A DNA stretch of 64,000 nt, taken from NCBI GenBank assembly GCA_965248575.1, contig CBDFJQ010000002.1, forward strand, positions 1,152,001-1,216,000, given 5' to 3'. Made by a program: the position numbers and the translations under genes. Source of the stretch: Planctomycetota bacterium (GTDB lineage Bacteria > Planctomycetota > B15-G4). The first letter of the stretch is position 1. Each line of letters begins with the position of its first letter. Shown here piece after piece: positions 63,977-64,000 of this stretch. The notes beneath the pieces are model-generated. The model ran no database searches. It was given only the letters and a program-made list of their open reading frames with translations, and was not told the DNA's origin.

Positions 63977-64000
63977 GAGCGCTAGGACTCCCGCCCAAAC

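Noticed and set aside
1..64000. Mobile elements, prophage, defence systems, tRNA/rRNA
   Set aside because: No transposase, integrase, phage, restriction-modification or toxin-antitoxin motifs recognised, no tRNA T-arm pattern in intergenic DNA, and no extended compositional shift seen by eye

Overview
GC-rich bacterial chromosomal segment, most likely from a planctomycete. That assignment is inferred from a Planctomycetota-type 84-aa protein, signal-peptide HEAT-repeat proteins, small lipoproteins and a DUF1573/sulfatase pair. The window is densely coding (about 48 CDS). I saw no rRNA, tRNA, CRISPR array, transposase, integrase or phage gene. Housekeeping genes include pilT (partial), queD, pcp, rarA, rocF, purM, dxr, rseP, a CCA-adding enzyme, miaA, pcnB, an NAD kinase and tyrS. 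The most interesting observations are: (1) a poly(A) polymerase with a 12-bp tandem repeat in its catalytic head and a ~370-aa RNase E-like disordered tail containing Arg/Ser clusters and an amphipathic helix; (2) an unannotated ~160-nt small RNA or leader with a sigma70 promoter, a long stem topped by a CCCCUCCCC loop and an intrinsic terminator, upstream of a degenerate GGDEF gene; (3) two NrdR-box-like palindromes 32 bp apart in front of a 96-aa Sm-like hypothetical gene instead of a ribonucleotide reductase; (4) a coupled radical SAM / GT9 / radical SAM / TMTC-like GT-C operon; (5) tandem paralogous B12-radical SAM genes; (6) a DAACS transporter with an inserted PDZ domain; (7) a secreted triple amidohydrolase fusion; (8) dispersed ebo-like genes (Ino1, EboC-like, EboF-like). 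All calls come from reading motifs by eye; no database searches were run.
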